Shown here piece by piece: positions 17,198 to 28,819 of a stretch of DNA of 64,000 nucleotides. How positions within the stretch are numbered: position 1 is the stretch's first letter; each line of letters begins with the position of its first letter. Below the pieces are notes generated by a model, which saw only the letters and a program-made list of their open reading frames with translations, did not search any database and had not been told where the DNA came from. The DNA is taken from assembly GCF_054482525.1 (NCBI RefSeq), contig NZ_CM137006.1; one strand, 5' to 3'. The translations under genes were made by a program, and so were the position numbers.

Positions 17198-17530
17198 TTA
17201 TTTTTTTGATTTTTGAGTTGCCTCAATTTCTTTTTTTAAACCATGAAGGTTTTTATGACCGGTTCCCTTTGGTTGTAACTGTCCCCTTTGTAACTTACTG
17301 ATTCTATTTCCTCTTTCTGATATTACTATTTCATCATTCAGGGATTTTTCAATCAATGCATACAACGCATTGAATACTTTGATGTTTTCTGATTCCCTCA
17401 ACTCTTCGAGGATTTTACTTAGTTGTAGAAAGTCATTAATTAAACTAACGCCATTTTTAGGATCGTAAAACTCCTCATGTCGTTTTAACATCTTTGCAAT
17501 CTTTTTTTGCTTATCTGTTGCGTTTGACAT
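17198..17530 (-). CDS. orf110 hypothetical accessory protein (copy 3)
   Basis: Repeat of 8455-8787 at +8743. Confidence 0.55.
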   Translation of the reverse strand: MSNATDKQKKIAKMLKRHEEFYDPKNGVSLINDFLQLSKILEELRESENIKVFNALYALIEKSLNDEIVISERGNRISKLQRGQLQPKGTGHKNLHGLKKEIEATQKSKK

Positions 17531-17553
17531 TTTCCCTTTCCCTTCAACTAGAT

Positions 17554-17850
17554 TTAATCATTACATTCAACCGTTGCTACGGTTCCATAATAAGTAATGT
17601 AAAGAAAACTTCCATTATTGAACTGGCCAACAGAGGTCGATACTTTTACCCCGTAAATGACATTTCCTTGTCTACCTGCAGAATTCACGAACGCATCATA
17701 GGCTTCCTGGTGCTCATTTCTCTTGCGCTCCATAAAACCACGAATTAAACCTTTATCAGAAATTTCAATAGGATAGGTCTTCTCAATAAATCCATGAATC
17801 TCTACTACTTTCATATTGGAGGGCAATGTATCAGTGCTTAACACTAACAT
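17554..17850 (-). CDS. orf98 hypothetical accessory protein (copy 3)
   Basis: Repeat at +17486. Confidence 0.55.
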   Translation of the reverse strand: MLVLSTDTLPSNMKVVEIHGFIEKTYPIEISDKGLIRGFMERKRNEHQEAYDAFVNSAGRQGNVIYGVKVSTSVGQFNNGSFLYITYYGTVATVECND

Positions 17851-18004
17851 GTTGATTTCCTTTCAATTAAAGAACCTTAATGACATTACTTAATTATTTC
17901 ATTTCAATCAACAACATATGGGTTGTTTTTTATCATTCCGACACTATATCTAGGCGAGATAACTAAAATGGCTAGTTATCACTATACCTCTAAAGGATAA
18001 AATA

Positions 18005-18295
18005 ATGGCTGACTTCTACATAACAGCAGTAAAATATGATGAAAATCATGAACATATCGTTAAGGTTAAAACACGGCAACGAGTTGATGGTAAGGTTAAA
18101 GCACCAAGCATCAATTCTCGCCAATTTATCGTCGAATTGATTAATACCGGAAAGGTATCATTTTGGACTGGATTACAGGATAGCGAAGGACGATGGGGAA
18201 AAGGGGCTGACGTGACCGTAACCTCTACTGGTTTCCTGACTACATCACCAAATAATACCACTCGGGATAACCTCGGCGAATTGCCTGAATTTTAA
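18005..18295 (+). CDS. Hypothetical small protein (96 aa), possibly DUF3892-like (copy 3)
   Basis: Repeat at +17486. Confidence 0.5.
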   Translation: MADFYITAVKYDENHEHIVKVKTRQRVDGKVKAPSINSRQFIVELINTGKVSFWTGLQDSEGRWGKGADVTVTSTGFLTTSPNNTTRDNLGELPEF

Positions 18296-18359
18296 CCAAA
18301 AATCAAACGTGCAGTGTAGGTAATACTGCACGTTTGTCTCATTCCTGAGACTCTACCTT

Positions 18360-18806
18360 TTACTGTTCATCGCCAGTGATTAATTTTCTGGTTAACATCT
18401 TTGCACTGTAGCTATATGAACTTAAAGCAGAAACCTGTCTTGCAAGTGATATGATATCTTGCTTGTCCAATGTCCTGATGTTCCAGATAATGAAGTTATG
18501 GGCATCAGTGGTTTCTTTGTCAGTGTAACCATCTGCTGAAGTGATCAACTTTCTTTCTGTTGCGTCTTCTTTAACCGCAAGTGCATCACCATGAGCCAAG
18601 GTGTTTAAATCCGTACCAGTGATTTTTGCGATTTCGATCACATCACTGAACTTAGGTTCTGTTTTAGCAGTCGCTATCCTAACAAGTGTCCTTACGTTGA
18701 TGCCGGTTTTGTCTGCGACTTCTTCGTATGTCCCATGCTCCAGGATAGCTTTCCGTATTCTTTCTGCTCGCTTGCTATCAGCCATAACATACAACTCTCG
18801 ATTCAT
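18360..18806 (-). CDS. HTH regulator, candidate repressor (copy 3)
   Basis: Repeat at +17486. Confidence 0.7.
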   Translation of the reverse strand: MNRELYVMADSKRAERIRKAILEHGTYEEVADKTGINVRTLVRIATAKTEPKFSDVIEIAKITGTDLNTLAHGDALAVKEDATERKLITSADGYTDKETTDAHNFIIWNIRTLDKQDIISLARQVSALSSYSYSAKMLTRKLITGDEQ

Positions 18807-19012
18807 CTTAGGTGCTCCAGTTTACATCACTCTTTTTAGATGCTTTTTTTCATGGACAAATATGTCCTTAAAAACAAGACATCGTATTGACAACAGATCT
18901 CAACATGCTTAGCATTTATTTGTCCATGACTGAAAGACACATTTGTCTATTGACATGGTAAATACAGGTAAAAGTCATTTTGATTCATGTTTACTTGACT
19001 GCTGAGACACTT

Positions 19013-20065
19013 ATGATCGACTGGTTTACCGGAATCCTGCCTTGCACACACCGACCGTTACCGGCCGGTAGCGTCGTCAGCGTTGATGCTGATGGTGCGG
19101 TGGAGTGGGAAACAGTAAAACGGTTGACCGTTCGCGGTTCGTATGAATCAACGATGAAAGTAAGATCTGTTGGATCTGATGGCGAAGGTCGGGCAACACA
19201 TCTTTATATTGATGGGAATCCTTCAAAATTCCTTCAGGGACATTCTGTTATTGGTTCTGATGATTTGCAGGGACTGGTATTAACCGTATACGCAAGAATA
19301 CTGGCATTACTTCATATTCCTCATGATCTCCCGTCATATCGTCAGGTAATGTCTGGTCAGTATAAGATTTCCCGTATTGATATTAATTATATGTATTCAT
19401 TGTCAACACTGGAAAATGTCCGTGCATGGTTATATGCCGCAGAATTTAAAGCGAAAACTCGCCATGGTCGCGCCTGTGGTAAAGGTGGCACTGTTTACTT
19501 AGGGAAAAACTCCCGTCGTTGGAGCCTGAAATTTTATTCAAAATATGATGAGCATATATCTGGCAAAAAAGGGCACCAGATGGCAGACGAATTCGTTAAA
19601 GCAGGTTTACTGGACTGGTCAAAAGATAAATTACGCATTGAATTAACATTAAGAACAACTGAATTAATTGATTTGAATCTTACGCTTGGTAATAGCTGGA
19701 ATATTCAGACGCCCAATAAATTATTCTCTGACTATGTAGGGAGAATAGAAATGAATCAAAATACTATATTAACTGATGAAAAAATAATTAATCTCCCAAG
19801 AAAAATACAGTCTACATATTTATTGTGGAAGCAGGGCGCGAACATGAAAGAGATGTTACCGAAACCTACATTCTACCGACACCGTAAAGAATTACTTTCT
19901 TTCGGAATAGATATTAACTTTTATTGTGAGTCACCGGATTCTAATAACGTTGTTCCGTTGGTTCGTATTCTTGAAGCCAAACCGGCCAAAATTCCATCAT
20001 GGTTTTATGAGAAAGGTTTAATTTTCGATCATAACCGTATTTCACATGCCAGTAACTGGTATTAA
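19013..20065 (+). CDS. gII: Replication initiator gII homologue (copy 3)
   Basis: Repeat at +17486; nested gX-like restart at 19751. Confidence 0.85.
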   Translation: MIDWFTGILPCTHRPLPAGSVVSVDADGAVEWETVKRLTVRGSYESTMKVRSVGSDGEGRATHLYIDGNPSKFLQGHSVIGSDDLQGLVLTVYARILALLHIPHDLPSYRQVMSGQYKISRIDINYMYSLSTLENVRAWLYAAEFKAKTRHGRACGKGGTVYLGKNSRRWSLKFYSKYDEHISGKKGHQMADEFVKAGLLDWSKDKLRIELTLRTTELIDLNLTLGNSWNIQTPNKLFSDYVGRIEMNQNTILTDEKIINLPRKIQSTYLLWKQGANMKEMLPKPTFYRHRKELLSFGIDINFYCESPDSNNVVPLVRILEAKPAKIPSWFYEKGLIFDHNRISHASNWY

Positions 20066-20076
20066 AGGAGAGTGAT

Positions 20077-20394
20077 ATGTCTAATTATGGTCTTTTTGTA
20101 AAAGGTAAAATGCTTGGTGCTCGCCAGCGTAATAAGGTCAATGGTCAGGGATACTATAATGAAATTGGTATTGGCTTAGAGATCCCTGATGGTTTTGGCG
20201 GCACTAAGCAAGACCAGATTATTATTCGTGTTTCTCAGGCTCTTGTTAATGCCGGTGTAATGAATCAGGCAAATAATCTTATCGGTAAGTTAGTCCAGAT
20301 ACCTGTATATGTTCGTGTCTGGTCAATGGAAGGTAGAGAAGGAGTAACTTATAATATTTCATCTGACGGTGGAATCACTGAAATAAAAGGTTAA
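20077..20394 (+). CDS. gV: Putative ssDNA-binding protein gV analogue (copy 3)
   Basis: Repeat at +17486. Confidence 0.55.
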   Translation: MSNYGLFVKGKMLGARQRNKVNGQGYYNEIGIGLEIPDGFGGTKQDQIIIRVSQALVNAGVMNQANNLIGKLVQIPVYVRVWSMEGREGVTYNISSDGGITEIKG

Positions 20395-20396
20395 AT

Positions 20397-20483
20397 ATGG
20401 CTGATGTTATACAAATATTAATAGCGTCAGGCATTGTTATCTCTTTTGGCCTCGGCGCAATTACTGCGGGGGTTTTTCGTTAA
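20397..20483 (+). CDS. gVII: gVII analogue (copy 3)
   Basis: Repeat at +17486. Confidence 0.5.
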   Translation: MADVIQILIASGIVISFGLGAITAGVFR

Positions 20484-20578
20484 TGTATATAGCTTATTTC
20501 TTCGGGGCTTATACCTTTGGTTTTGCCCTTTTCTACGCGGTCGGTTCATTTAAATCATTTTCTGACCGATTAATGTAA
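20483..20578 (+). CDS. gIX: gIX analogue (copy 3)
   Basis: Repeat at +17486. Confidence 0.45.
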   Translation: MYIAYFFGAYTFGFALFYAVGSFKSFSDRLM

Positions 20579-20602
20579 TGTAACTTTAATGGAGTTATTT
20601 AT

Positions 20603-20845
20603 ATGAAAGTTTTGTCTTTTGTTAAATCTAAAATTGCAGTAGCTTCAACAGCGCTTTTTGTTTCTGCGAGTTCTTTTGCGGCAGCTGAGTCTACAGGCGG
20701 GACTGATTATGCAGGTCAGGCAATGGATGCATTACTGACTCAGGCAAATGATCTTATTGGTAAAGTATGGCCTGTCGTTGTTGCTGTGGTTGGTGCTGGC
20801 CTTGCCATTCGTATTTTTAAAAAATTCGCTTCTAAAGCAGTTTAA
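20603..20845 (+). CDS. gVIII: Major coat protein precursor (copy 3)
   Basis: Repeat at +17486. Confidence 0.85.
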   Translation: MKVLSFVKSKIAVASTALFVSASSFAAAESTGGTDYAGQAMDALLTQANDLIGKVWPVVVAVVGAGLAIRIFKKFASKAV

Positions 20846-20891
20846 AATTCACTCAGGGGCATTTGTTGCCCCTTTATTAAATTGGGTTATT

Positions 20892-22136
20892 ATGAAAAGG
20901 AAAATATTAATTACTTTCTCTATTTTTATTTCTTCTTTTTCATATGCTGATTCATGGGAAAGCATTACTAAATCTACTTTTCAAAGCTCTGCATATGCTG
21001 AAAGTAAGCAAATAACCAACCAAGATGGTACTAAACAAACTGTTTATTATATTGATGCAACCATGCAGGCTTCTTCCTGTCAGGGAGCTAAAGACAGTGC
21101 TCAGGTTGTTTTTAATCAGGTTAAACCAACTTATGAGGGAATGTGGCCTAACTCTGAATTCCGTCTTGTATTTTCTGACGCTTGTACTTACAGCGACTCT
21201 CCAGGCCAGAAAGATAAATACTGGACTTTAACTGCTTATATTATAGGTGATATTCAACGATCTATTCCTGATGAAAAACCTTCCGAGCCTACGCCTGAAG
21301 AGATTTGTGAAGCTAAACCCCCCGAAGAAGGTGTATTCAATAATGTCTATTCTTATGACGGTGATCGTTATATTTATTATAACGGTTGTGAATATGAGGC
21401 CACTGGCGTCATTGTTTGCCAGAGTGATAGCACTGTTTGTGCTGCGACATGGAAGCCTACCGGAACTGTAGCCGCACCTTCAGATAAGCCTTCTTCTCCT
21501 GTTGGCGATGGCGGTGATACTGGAGGCGGGGATACGGGTGATGGTGATACCGGTGGAGGTGATACAGGCGGTGGTAACCCAAGTGGCAGTTCTGGCGGTG
21601 GTAATGGCTCAAGTATCACCAAAGGAGATATTCAGTCAGCTATCGAAGGTGCTTCACCTAAAATTGCCAGTGAGATTCATGATAAGTTAACAGAAAAAGA
21701 TACCTCATCTGATGATAAAAAGTCGGCTGATGAACAGACTAAAAATAATATAAATCGTCTTGTTGACTCTATAAATAACCTTACTCGCGGAGCCGGACGT
21801 TTTGCTGATCCTTCTGGCGGCGATTCCCGTTATGGGGAGGGGGGGTCTGAATTAGATAGCGCTTCCACTTTAGCTGAATCTGAATTAGGAATTGCAAAGG
21901 ATTCTCATGGTGCGTTATGGGAGGCTTTCTTAAATAAAGGTGCTATGTTGCCCAATTTACCTAATGGTAATGGTTGTTCTGATTTTATTATTTTCCCCGG
22001 AGAGGTTTATCAGATCGATATTGGCTGCGATAAATTACTGACTATTAAAAATGCTCTTTCATGGGTTTTTTATTGCCTTACGTTCTGGTATGTATTTACT
22101 TCTTTAACTTCATTGCTTCGTAAAGGTGGTGAGTGA
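20892..22136 (+). CDS. gIII: Adsorption protein pIII (copy 3)
   Basis: Repeat at +17486. Confidence 0.8.
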   Translation: MKRKILITFSIFISSFSYADSWESITKSTFQSSAYAESKQITNQDGTKQTVYYIDATMQASSCQGAKDSAQVVFNQVKPTYEGMWPNSEFRLVFSDACTYSDSPGQKDKYWTLTAYIIGDIQRSIPDEKPSEPTPEEICEAKPPEEGVFNNVYSYDGDRYIYYNGCEYEATGVIVCQSDSTVCAATWKPTGTVAAPSDKPSSPVGDGGDTGGGDTGDGDTGGGDTGGGNPSGSSGGGNGSSITKGDIQSAIEGASPKIASEIHDKLTEKDTSSDDKKSADEQTKNNINRLVDSINNLTRGAGRFADPSGGDSRYGEGGSELDSASTLAESELGIAKDSHGALWEAFLNKGAMLPNLPNGNGCSDFIIFPGEVYQIDIGCDKLLTIKNALSWVFYCLTFWYVFTSLTSLLRKGGE

Positions 22137-22477
22137 TGCCTTTATTATTAGGTATTCCTGCATTGTTGCGTTTTCTTATTGGTCTTGTTCCTTTACTTAT
22201 TGGCTATGCGGCAAGTTTTTTAGCTCGGCTTGCAACCAAAACAGGTTTAATAGCGGTTGCATTGGTTGCGCTAATTACAACAACTGTTACGCTTTTAATG
22301 CAGTACCTTGCTGAGGTCATGTATATCGGGTTACCCGCTGATTTTTCACATCTAATGGCGTCTGTACTGCCTGACCATTTTCAGGCGTGTGTTAACGTTA
22401 TTATGGTTACTCGTATCAGTGTTTTTGTTTTCGATTTAAAACAAAAATTTCTTGATTATGCAAACAGGGTGATTTAA
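22133..22477 (+). CDS. gVI: Minor coat protein pVI (copy 3)
   Basis: Repeat at +17486. Confidence 0.8.
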   Translation: MMPLLLGIPALLRFLIGLVPLLIGYAASFLARLATKTGLIAVALVALITTTVTLLMQYLAEVMYIGLPADFSHLMASVLPDHFQACVNVIMVTRISVFVFDLKQKFLDYANRVI

Positions 22478-23572
22478 ATGGCGGTTCATGTAGTAACAGG
22501 CAAATTAGGCTCAGGCAAGACACTGGTTAGTGTTTCCAGAATACAGGAAAGACTGGCTAAGGGTTGTCCTGTTGCCACTAATCTTGATCTTAAATTGCAT
22601 AATATGCCTATGGTTGGGCGTTATGCTAAAAAAACGCGCGTTATTCGTGTTCCTGATAAGCCTTCATTAAATGATTTACTGGCTATTGGTATTGGAAATA
22701 CATCTTACGATGAATCCCGCAATGGCCTTTTAGTGCTTGATGAATGTGGTACTTGGTTTAATTCCCGTTCATGGGGTGATAAAGACAGACAACCTGTTAT
22801 TGACTGGTTTTTACATGCCCGTAAATTAGGTTGGGATATTATTTTTTTGATTCAGGATATTTCGATAATGGATAAGCAAGCTCGTCTGGCACTTGCTGAA
22901 CATGTTGTTTATTGTCGCCGTTCAGATAAATTAAACATTCCTTTTATTGGCTCTATTATAAATTTAGTTTCAGGAGCGCGATTTTCTTTACCAAAGGTAC
23001 ACTTTGGTATTGTTAAATATGGTGATAACGTTAATTCAATTACTGTTGATAAATGGATATACACCGGAAAATCATTATATTCCGCCTACAATACAAAACA
23101 GGTTTTTACTGATAACTATCCGCATGGTGCTTATTCTCTTTTACCGCCATTTATTACACATGGCCAGTTTTCTGTTCACAAAGGACTTAATTATTATATG
23201 CGCCTCACGAAAATTTATTTCCGAAAATCAAACCGATTAATATTAATGCTTTCATTTTTTGCCTTTGGGCTTGGGCTTGGCTTCTGGCTACAATCTGGTA
23301 AGAATGCCGATGAAATTTCGGCTATTAAATCAGTTCATGCTGAACAGGTGAGGGCGGTAACACCTGACAGTACCAGCGATTTACCGAGACTTTCTATTGA
23401 TTCTTTCTCTCAGCTTGGTTTTGATGTTTCTGTTACGTTTGTTGACGCTAAGGGTATGAAGTACCAGTATTTTGATTTAATTAAAGATGGTTATTCCGTT
23501 GATATTAAAGATGCCTGCCGAATTGTTATCAGAAAAGGCCATTATTTACAAAGCGTCACCTGTCAGGAGTAA
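22478..23572 (+). CDS. gI: Assembly ATPase pI (copy 3)
   Basis: Repeat at +17486; nested pXI-like restart at 23198. Confidence 0.9.
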   Translation: MAVHVVTGKLGSGKTLVSVSRIQERLAKGCPVATNLDLKLHNMPMVGRYAKKTRVIRVPDKPSLNDLLAIGIGNTSYDESRNGLLVLDECGTWFNSRSWGDKDRQPVIDWFLHARKLGWDIIFLIQDISIMDKQARLALAEHVVYCRRSDKLNIPFIGSIINLVSGARFSLPKVHFGIVKYGDNVNSITVDKWIYTGKSLYSAYNTKQVFTDNYPHGAYSLLPPFITHGQFSVHKGLNYYMRLTKIYFRKSNRLILMLSFFAFGLGLGFWLQSGKNADEISAIKSVHAEQVRAVTPDSTSDLPRLSIDSFSQLGFDVSVTFVDAKGMKYQYFDLIKDGYSVDIKDACRIVIRKGHYLQSVTCQE

Positions 23573-23579
23573 TATTACT

Positions 23580-24845
23580 ATGCGTTTATTTTGCATTGCC
23601 ATCTTATTCATTTATTCTTTTTGTGTTTCTGCTGAAACTGTTAATCTTAATAATTCATCCGTTCGTTCATTTGTCCAGTGGTATTCATCAAAAACTGGTA
23701 AGCCTGTTATTGTTAACCCCGATGTTAAAGGCTCCGTAACAGTATTTAATGCTGATGTTAATCCCACAAATATTGATGACTTTTTCAAATCTGTTCTGAA
23801 TGCTAATGGATTTGTCATGCTTTCTGGTAATCCTGCGGTAGTATCTTTGCCGTCAAAATTACCGTCACAGATGGCATCAGACCCTGATGATTCCGATAAT
23901 CAGTCTTATGACTCTTTTCCGCCAGAGCCATCCTGTCAGCCAGCGCCTGTGGCGCTCACTGTCAGAAATTTTAAGCTGACAAAAGTACGAGCGTCTGATG
24001 TTCAGCAACTGGTTAAAATTTATCTGGATTCGAATGGCGGGGGTAATGTCGTGGATTATCCCGGCAATAACTCCCTGATTGTATCTGCGCCTGACGAGCT
24101 ACTGCCTGTTCTGTCCAATTTCATTAACTCAGTTGATGTTGCCCGTGATCAGGTACTCATTCAATCGCTCATGTTTGAAACCAGTTTGTCTGATGGTGTT
24201 GATTTGTCATTTGCAGCTGGCTCTGCATCCGGCCATAAGGTGGCGGGGGGTTTTAATACTTCTGCGCTGGGTAATGCTCTTTCTACGGTGGGCGGCTCTT
24301 TTGGTATTTTTGATGGTAACGTGTTGGCGCTGTCTCTGCGTGCTGTCCAGAGTAATTCACGCTCTAAGGTGATTTCAACACCGCGCATTCTTACTCAGTC
24401 CGGTCAGACTGGTTATATTTCCGTAGGTAAGAATGTGCCGTTTATCACAGGAAAGGTAACGGGTGAATCTGCTGGGGTAAATAATCCGTTTCAGACTATC
24501 GAACGTCATGATGTTGGCGTTTCTCTCAAGGTAACGCCTGTTGTCATGGGGAACGGGCAATTAGTTTTGACCATCGATACCCGCGCCGATTCAATCAGCA
24601 ATGATGACCAAGCATCTGATATTATTACTAATCAGCGCCAGATTCAGACCACTGTTCAGATTAAGGATGGCCAGACTCTCTTACTTGGTGGGTTGATTGA
24701 TTCATCATCCAGCAATGCTGACCGTTCTGTACCATTTATCAGCAAAATTCCGGTAATTGGCTGGCTTTTCAGGAGTAAAGCTGACAGTAATGAGCAACGC
24801 ATTATGTATGTCCTGCTGACTGCTCATATTATTCGTGCGCTTTGA
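23580..24845 (+). CDS. gIV: Secretin pIV (copy 3)
   Basis: Repeat at +17486. Confidence 0.9.
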   Translation: MRLFCIAILFIYSFCVSAETVNLNNSSVRSFVQWYSSKTGKPVIVNPDVKGSVTVFNADVNPTNIDDFFKSVLNANGFVMLSGNPAVVSLPSKLPSQMASDPDDSDNQSYDSFPPEPSCQPAPVALTVRNFKLTKVRASDVQQLVKIYLDSNGGGNVVDYPGNNSLIVSAPDELLPVLSNFINSVDVARDQVLIQSLMFETSLSDGVDLSFAAGSASGHKVAGGFNTSALGNALSTVGGSFGIFDGNVLALSLRAVQSNSRSKVISTPRILTQSGQTGYISVGKNVPFITGKVTGESAGVNNPFQTIERHDVGVSLKVTPVVMGNGQLVLTIDTRADSISNDDQASDIITNQRQIQTTVQIKDGQTLLLGGLIDSSSSNADRSVPFISKIPVIGWLFRSKADSNEQRIMYVLLTAHIIRAL

Positions 24846-25392
24846 TGGGGCCGTGGCGGGTGCGTTAAGCCCCGGTATGGCCCCATCAAGAGCCAGATTT
24901 TACGTCTCACCACGGAGCCTCTATATGGCCTTAAAACTGACAGGATATGAACAGAAAAACATCTTCTAGGTGATTCAATTACTTAGAGGTTTTTATGTCT
25001 GTAAAAAGTAGGGGCGCGATCGACTTCCTGGTGGTCGCCTGAAGTCTTACCGTCGTGTTGGTTCACATTTTACCAGTTGTTCCAAGTGGTTTGATAAATC
25101 ACCGTCCTGGTATCGCAATATGATGATGACCCGGCCAGAGCGCCGTGAAGTCAGAAAGCTTCTCAATCAGGTTGTACGTGGCCGTGACGCTGACGGCATC
25201 GCATTTCCGGTCAGCAACAAGCCATTTGCATGGCGGTGGTGAACATTTTTAGCCGCTAAAACTTCATGCTGACGGAATTATCGAAAACCCCGTACAGCAA
25301 CAAAACTTGTTTTTGTTGCTGTACGGGGTTGGCCAAGCCGCAACAGTACTCTATTTTTCTTTGGAGTTAATTGCGGCGCGGCTAGGGATGTA

Positions 25393-25638
25393 TCAGACTT
25401 TAATCTTAACTACTTTTTCAGTGCCGGTCATAAAACTAACCAGCTTCTTGCGGCCATCGGGATACTCTTTAATGACACATCCTTCTGGCGTATTTTTTTC
25501 AGCGTAATAAATAGGGACGCCACTAAGAAGACAGGCTCGGGCTGCTTCACCGACATCATGTTCTAGTTGCTGCTCGAAAACAGTCAAGAACTCTGCTTCC
25601 TCTGATGGTGTCATTTCAGCTAAATATGATAAGTCCAT
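25393..25638 (-). CDS. orf81 hypothetical accessory protein (copy 3)
   Basis: Repeat at +17486. Confidence 0.45.
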   Translation of the reverse strand: MDLSYLAEMTPSEEAEFLTVFEQQLEHDVGEAARACLLSGVPIYYAEKNTPEGCVIKEYPDGRKKLVSFMTGTEKVVKIKV

Positions 25639-25840
25639 AAATGCTCATGCCTTCTGTAATTCATTGCTTAGTAACAATGATGAACAGGCCTGATTGGTGA
25701 GGTCAGGCTGTTCACTTACTGCTGACAGACATTTGATTCTGATTCGTTTGGAGAAACGGATGATTTTGAATCATTGTCGATAGTAACCAGTTGACGGCCA
25801 GTGTCAACGATCCCCGCCAGATTCTGCCATCCTTACCATT

Positions 25841-25873
25841 GGTGCGCATAATGTGCTACACGTTATGTTGAAA
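25841..25873 (+). other. Phage att (dif-like) site, junction of copies 3 and 4
   Basis: Identical to 8355-8387. Confidence 0.8.
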
Positions 25874-25940
25874 AGGCCGCTGCGAAAATAGAACCCCGCA
25901 GCGGCCTCTTTAGCATAACGTCATTGTGCGAACCAATTAT

Positions 25941-26273
25941 TTATTTTTTTGATTTTTGAGTTGCCTCAATTTCTTTTTTTAAACCATGAAGGTTTTTATG
26001 ACCGGTTCCCTTTGGTTGTAACTGTCCCCTTTGTAACTTACTGATTCTATTTCCTCTTTCTGATATTACTATTTCATCATTCAGGGATTTTTCAATCAAT
26101 GCATACAACGCATTGAATACTTTGATGTTTTCTGATTCCCTCAACTCTTCGAGGATTTTACTTAGTTGTAGAAAGTCATTAATTAAACTAACGCCATTTT
26201 TAGGATCGTAAAACTCCTCATGTCGTTTTAACATCTTTGCAATCTTTTTTTGCTTATCTGTTGCGTTTGACAT
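25941..26273 (-). CDS. orf110 hypothetical accessory protein (copy 4)
   Basis: Repeat of 8455-8787 at +17486. Confidence 0.55.
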   Translation of the reverse strand: MSNATDKQKKIAKMLKRHEEFYDPKNGVSLINDFLQLSKILEELRESENIKVFNALYALIEKSLNDEIVISERGNRISKLQRGQLQPKGTGHKNLHGLKKEIEATQKSKK

Positions 26274-26296
26274 TTTCCCTTTCCCTTCAACTAGAT

Positions 26297-26593
26297 TTAA
26301 TCATTACATTCAACCGTTGCTACGGTTCCATAATAAGTAATGTAAAGAAAACTTCCATTATTGAACTGGCCAACAGAGGTCGATACTTTTACCCCGTAAA
26401 TGACATTTCCTTGTCTACCTGCAGAATTCACGAACGCATCATAGGCTTCCTGGTGCTCATTTCTCTTGCGCTCCATAAAACCACGAATTAAACCTTTATC
26501 AGAAATTTCAATAGGATAGGTCTTCTCAATAAATCCATGAATCTCTACTACTTTCATATTGGAGGGCAATGTATCAGTGCTTAACACTAACAT
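26297..26593 (-). CDS. orf98 hypothetical accessory protein (copy 4)
   Basis: Repeat at +26229. Confidence 0.55.
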   Translation of the reverse strand: MLVLSTDTLPSNMKVVEIHGFIEKTYPIEISDKGLIRGFMERKRNEHQEAYDAFVNSAGRQGNVIYGVKVSTSVGQFNNGSFLYITYYGTVATVECND

Positions 26594-26747
26594 GTTGATT
26601 TCCTTTCAATTAAAGAACCTTAATGACATTACTTAATTATTTCATTTCAATCAACAACATATGGGTTGTTTTTTATCATTCCGACACTATATCTAGGCGA
26701 GATAACTAAAATGGCTAGTTATCACTATACCTCTAAAGGATAAAATA

Positions 26748-27038
26748 ATGGCTGACTTCTACATAACAGCAGTAAAATATGATGAAAATCATGAACATAT
26801 CGTTAAGGTTAAAACACGGCAACGAGTTGATGGTAAGGTTAAAGCACCAAGCATCAATTCTCGCCAATTTATCGTCGAATTGATTAATACCGGAAAGGTA
26901 TCATTTTGGACTGGATTACAGGATAGCGAAGGACGATGGGGAAAAGGGGCTGACGTGACCGTAACCTCTACTGGTTTCCTGACTACATCACCAAATAATA
27001 CCACTCGGGATAACCTCGGCGAATTGCCTGAATTTTAA
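26748..27038 (+). CDS. Hypothetical small protein (96 aa), possibly DUF3892-like (copy 4)
   Basis: Repeat at +26229. Confidence 0.5.
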   Translation: MADFYITAVKYDENHEHIVKVKTRQRVDGKVKAPSINSRQFIVELINTGKVSFWTGLQDSEGRWGKGADVTVTSTGFLTTSPNNTTRDNLGELPEF

Positions 27039-27102
27039 CCAAAAATCAAACGTGCAGTGTAGGTAATACTGCACGTTTGTCTCATTCCTGAGACTCTACC
27101 TT

Positions 27103-27549
27103 TTACTGTTCATCGCCAGTGATTAATTTTCTGGTTAACATCTTTGCACTGTAGCTATATGAACTTAAAGCAGAAACCTGTCTTGCAAGTGATATGATAT
27201 CTTGCTTGTCCAATGTCCTGATGTTCCAGATAATGAAGTTATGGGCATCAGTGGTTTCTTTGTCAGTGTAACCATCTGCTGAAGTGATCAACTTTCTTTC
27301 TGTTGCGTCTTCTTTAACCGCAAGTGCATCACCATGAGCCAAGGTGTTTAAATCCGTACCAGTGATTTTTGCGATTTCGATCACATCACTGAACTTAGGT
27401 TCTGTTTTAGCAGTCGCTATCCTAACAAGTGTCCTTACGTTGATGCCGGTTTTGTCTGCGACTTCTTCGTATGTCCCATGCTCCAGGATAGCTTTCCGTA
27501 TTCTTTCTGCTCGCTTGCTATCAGCCATAACATACAACTCTCGATTCAT
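27103..27549 (-). CDS. HTH regulator, candidate repressor (copy 4)
   Basis: Repeat at +26229. Confidence 0.7.
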   Translation of the reverse strand: MNRELYVMADSKRAERIRKAILEHGTYEEVADKTGINVRTLVRIATAKTEPKFSDVIEIAKITGTDLNTLAHGDALAVKEDATERKLITSADGYTDKETTDAHNFIIWNIRTLDKQDIISLARQVSALSSYSYSAKMLTRKLITGDEQ

Positions 27550-27755
27550 CTTAGGTGCTCCAGTTTACATCACTCTTTTTAGATGCTTTTTTTCATGGAC
27601 AAATATGTCCTTAAAAACAAGACATCGTATTGACAACAGATCTCAACATGCTTAGCATTTATTTGTCCATGACTGAAAGACACATTTGTCTATTGACATG
27701 GTAAATACAGGTAAAAGTCATTTTGATTCATGTTTACTTGACTGCTGAGACACTT

Positions 27756-28808
27756 ATGATCGACTGGTTTACCGGAATCCTGCCTTGCACACACCGACCG
27801 TTACCGGCCGGTAGCGTCGTCAGCGTTGATGCTGATGGTGCGGTGGAGTGGGAAACAGTAAAACGGTTGACCGTTCGCGGTTCGTATGAATCAACGATGA
27901 AAGTAAGATCTGTTGGATCTGATGGCGAAGGTCGGGCAACACATCTTTATATTGATGGGAATCCTTCAAAATTCCTTCAGGGACATTCTGTTATTGGTTC
28001 TGATGATTTGCAGGGACTGGTATTAACCGTATACGCAAGAATACTGGCATTACTTCATATTCCTCATGATCTCCCGTCATATCGTCAGGTAATGTCTGGT
28101 CAGTATAAGATTTCCCGTATTGATATTAATTATATGTATTCATTGTCAACACTGGAAAATGTCCGTGCATGGTTATATGCCGCAGAATTTAAAGCGAAAA
28201 CTCGCCATGGTCGCGCCTGTGGTAAAGGTGGCACTGTTTACTTAGGGAAAAACTCCCGTCGTTGGAGCCTGAAATTTTATTCAAAATATGATGAGCATAT
28301 ATCTGGCAAAAAAGGGCACCAGATGGCAGACGAATTCGTTAAAGCAGGTTTACTGGACTGGTCAAAAGATAAATTACGCATTGAATTAACATTAAGAACA
28401 ACTGAATTAATTGATTTGAATCTTACGCTTGGTAATAGCTGGAATATTCAGACGCCCAATAAATTATTCTCTGACTATGTAGGGAGAATAGAAATGAATC
28501 AAAATACTATATTAACTGATGAAAAAATAATTAATCTCCCAAGAAAAATACAGTCTACATATTTATTGTGGAAGCAGGGCGCGAACATGAAAGAGATGTT
28601 ACCGAAACCTACATTCTACCGACACCGTAAAGAATTACTTTCTTTCGGAATAGATATTAACTTTTATTGTGAGTCACCGGATTCTAATAACGTTGTTCCG
28701 TTGGTTCGTATTCTTGAAGCCAAACCGGCCAAAATTCCATCATGGTTTTATGAGAAAGGTTTAATTTTCGATCATAACCGTATTTCACATGCCAGTAACT
28801 GGTATTAA
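27756..28808 (+). CDS. gII: Replication initiator gII homologue (copy 4)
   Basis: Repeat at +26229; nested gX-like restart at 28494. Confidence 0.85.
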   Translation: MIDWFTGILPCTHRPLPAGSVVSVDADGAVEWETVKRLTVRGSYESTMKVRSVGSDGEGRATHLYIDGNPSKFLQGHSVIGSDDLQGLVLTVYARILALLHIPHDLPSYRQVMSGQYKISRIDINYMYSLSTLENVRAWLYAAEFKAKTRHGRACGKGGTVYLGKNSRRWSLKFYSKYDEHISGKKGHQMADEFVKAGLLDWSKDKLRIELTLRTTELIDLNLTLGNSWNIQTPNKLFSDYVGRIEMNQNTILTDEKIINLPRKIQSTYLLWKQGANMKEMLPKPTFYRHRKELLSFGIDINFYCESPDSNNVVPLVRILEAKPAKIPSWFYEKGLIFDHNRISHASNWY

Positions 28809-28819
28809 AGGAGAGTGAT

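Larger units (their letters stand above)
17109..25851 (+). mobile_element. Filamentous prophage, array copy 3 (complete unit)
   Basis: Exact repeat at offset +17486. Confidence 0.9.
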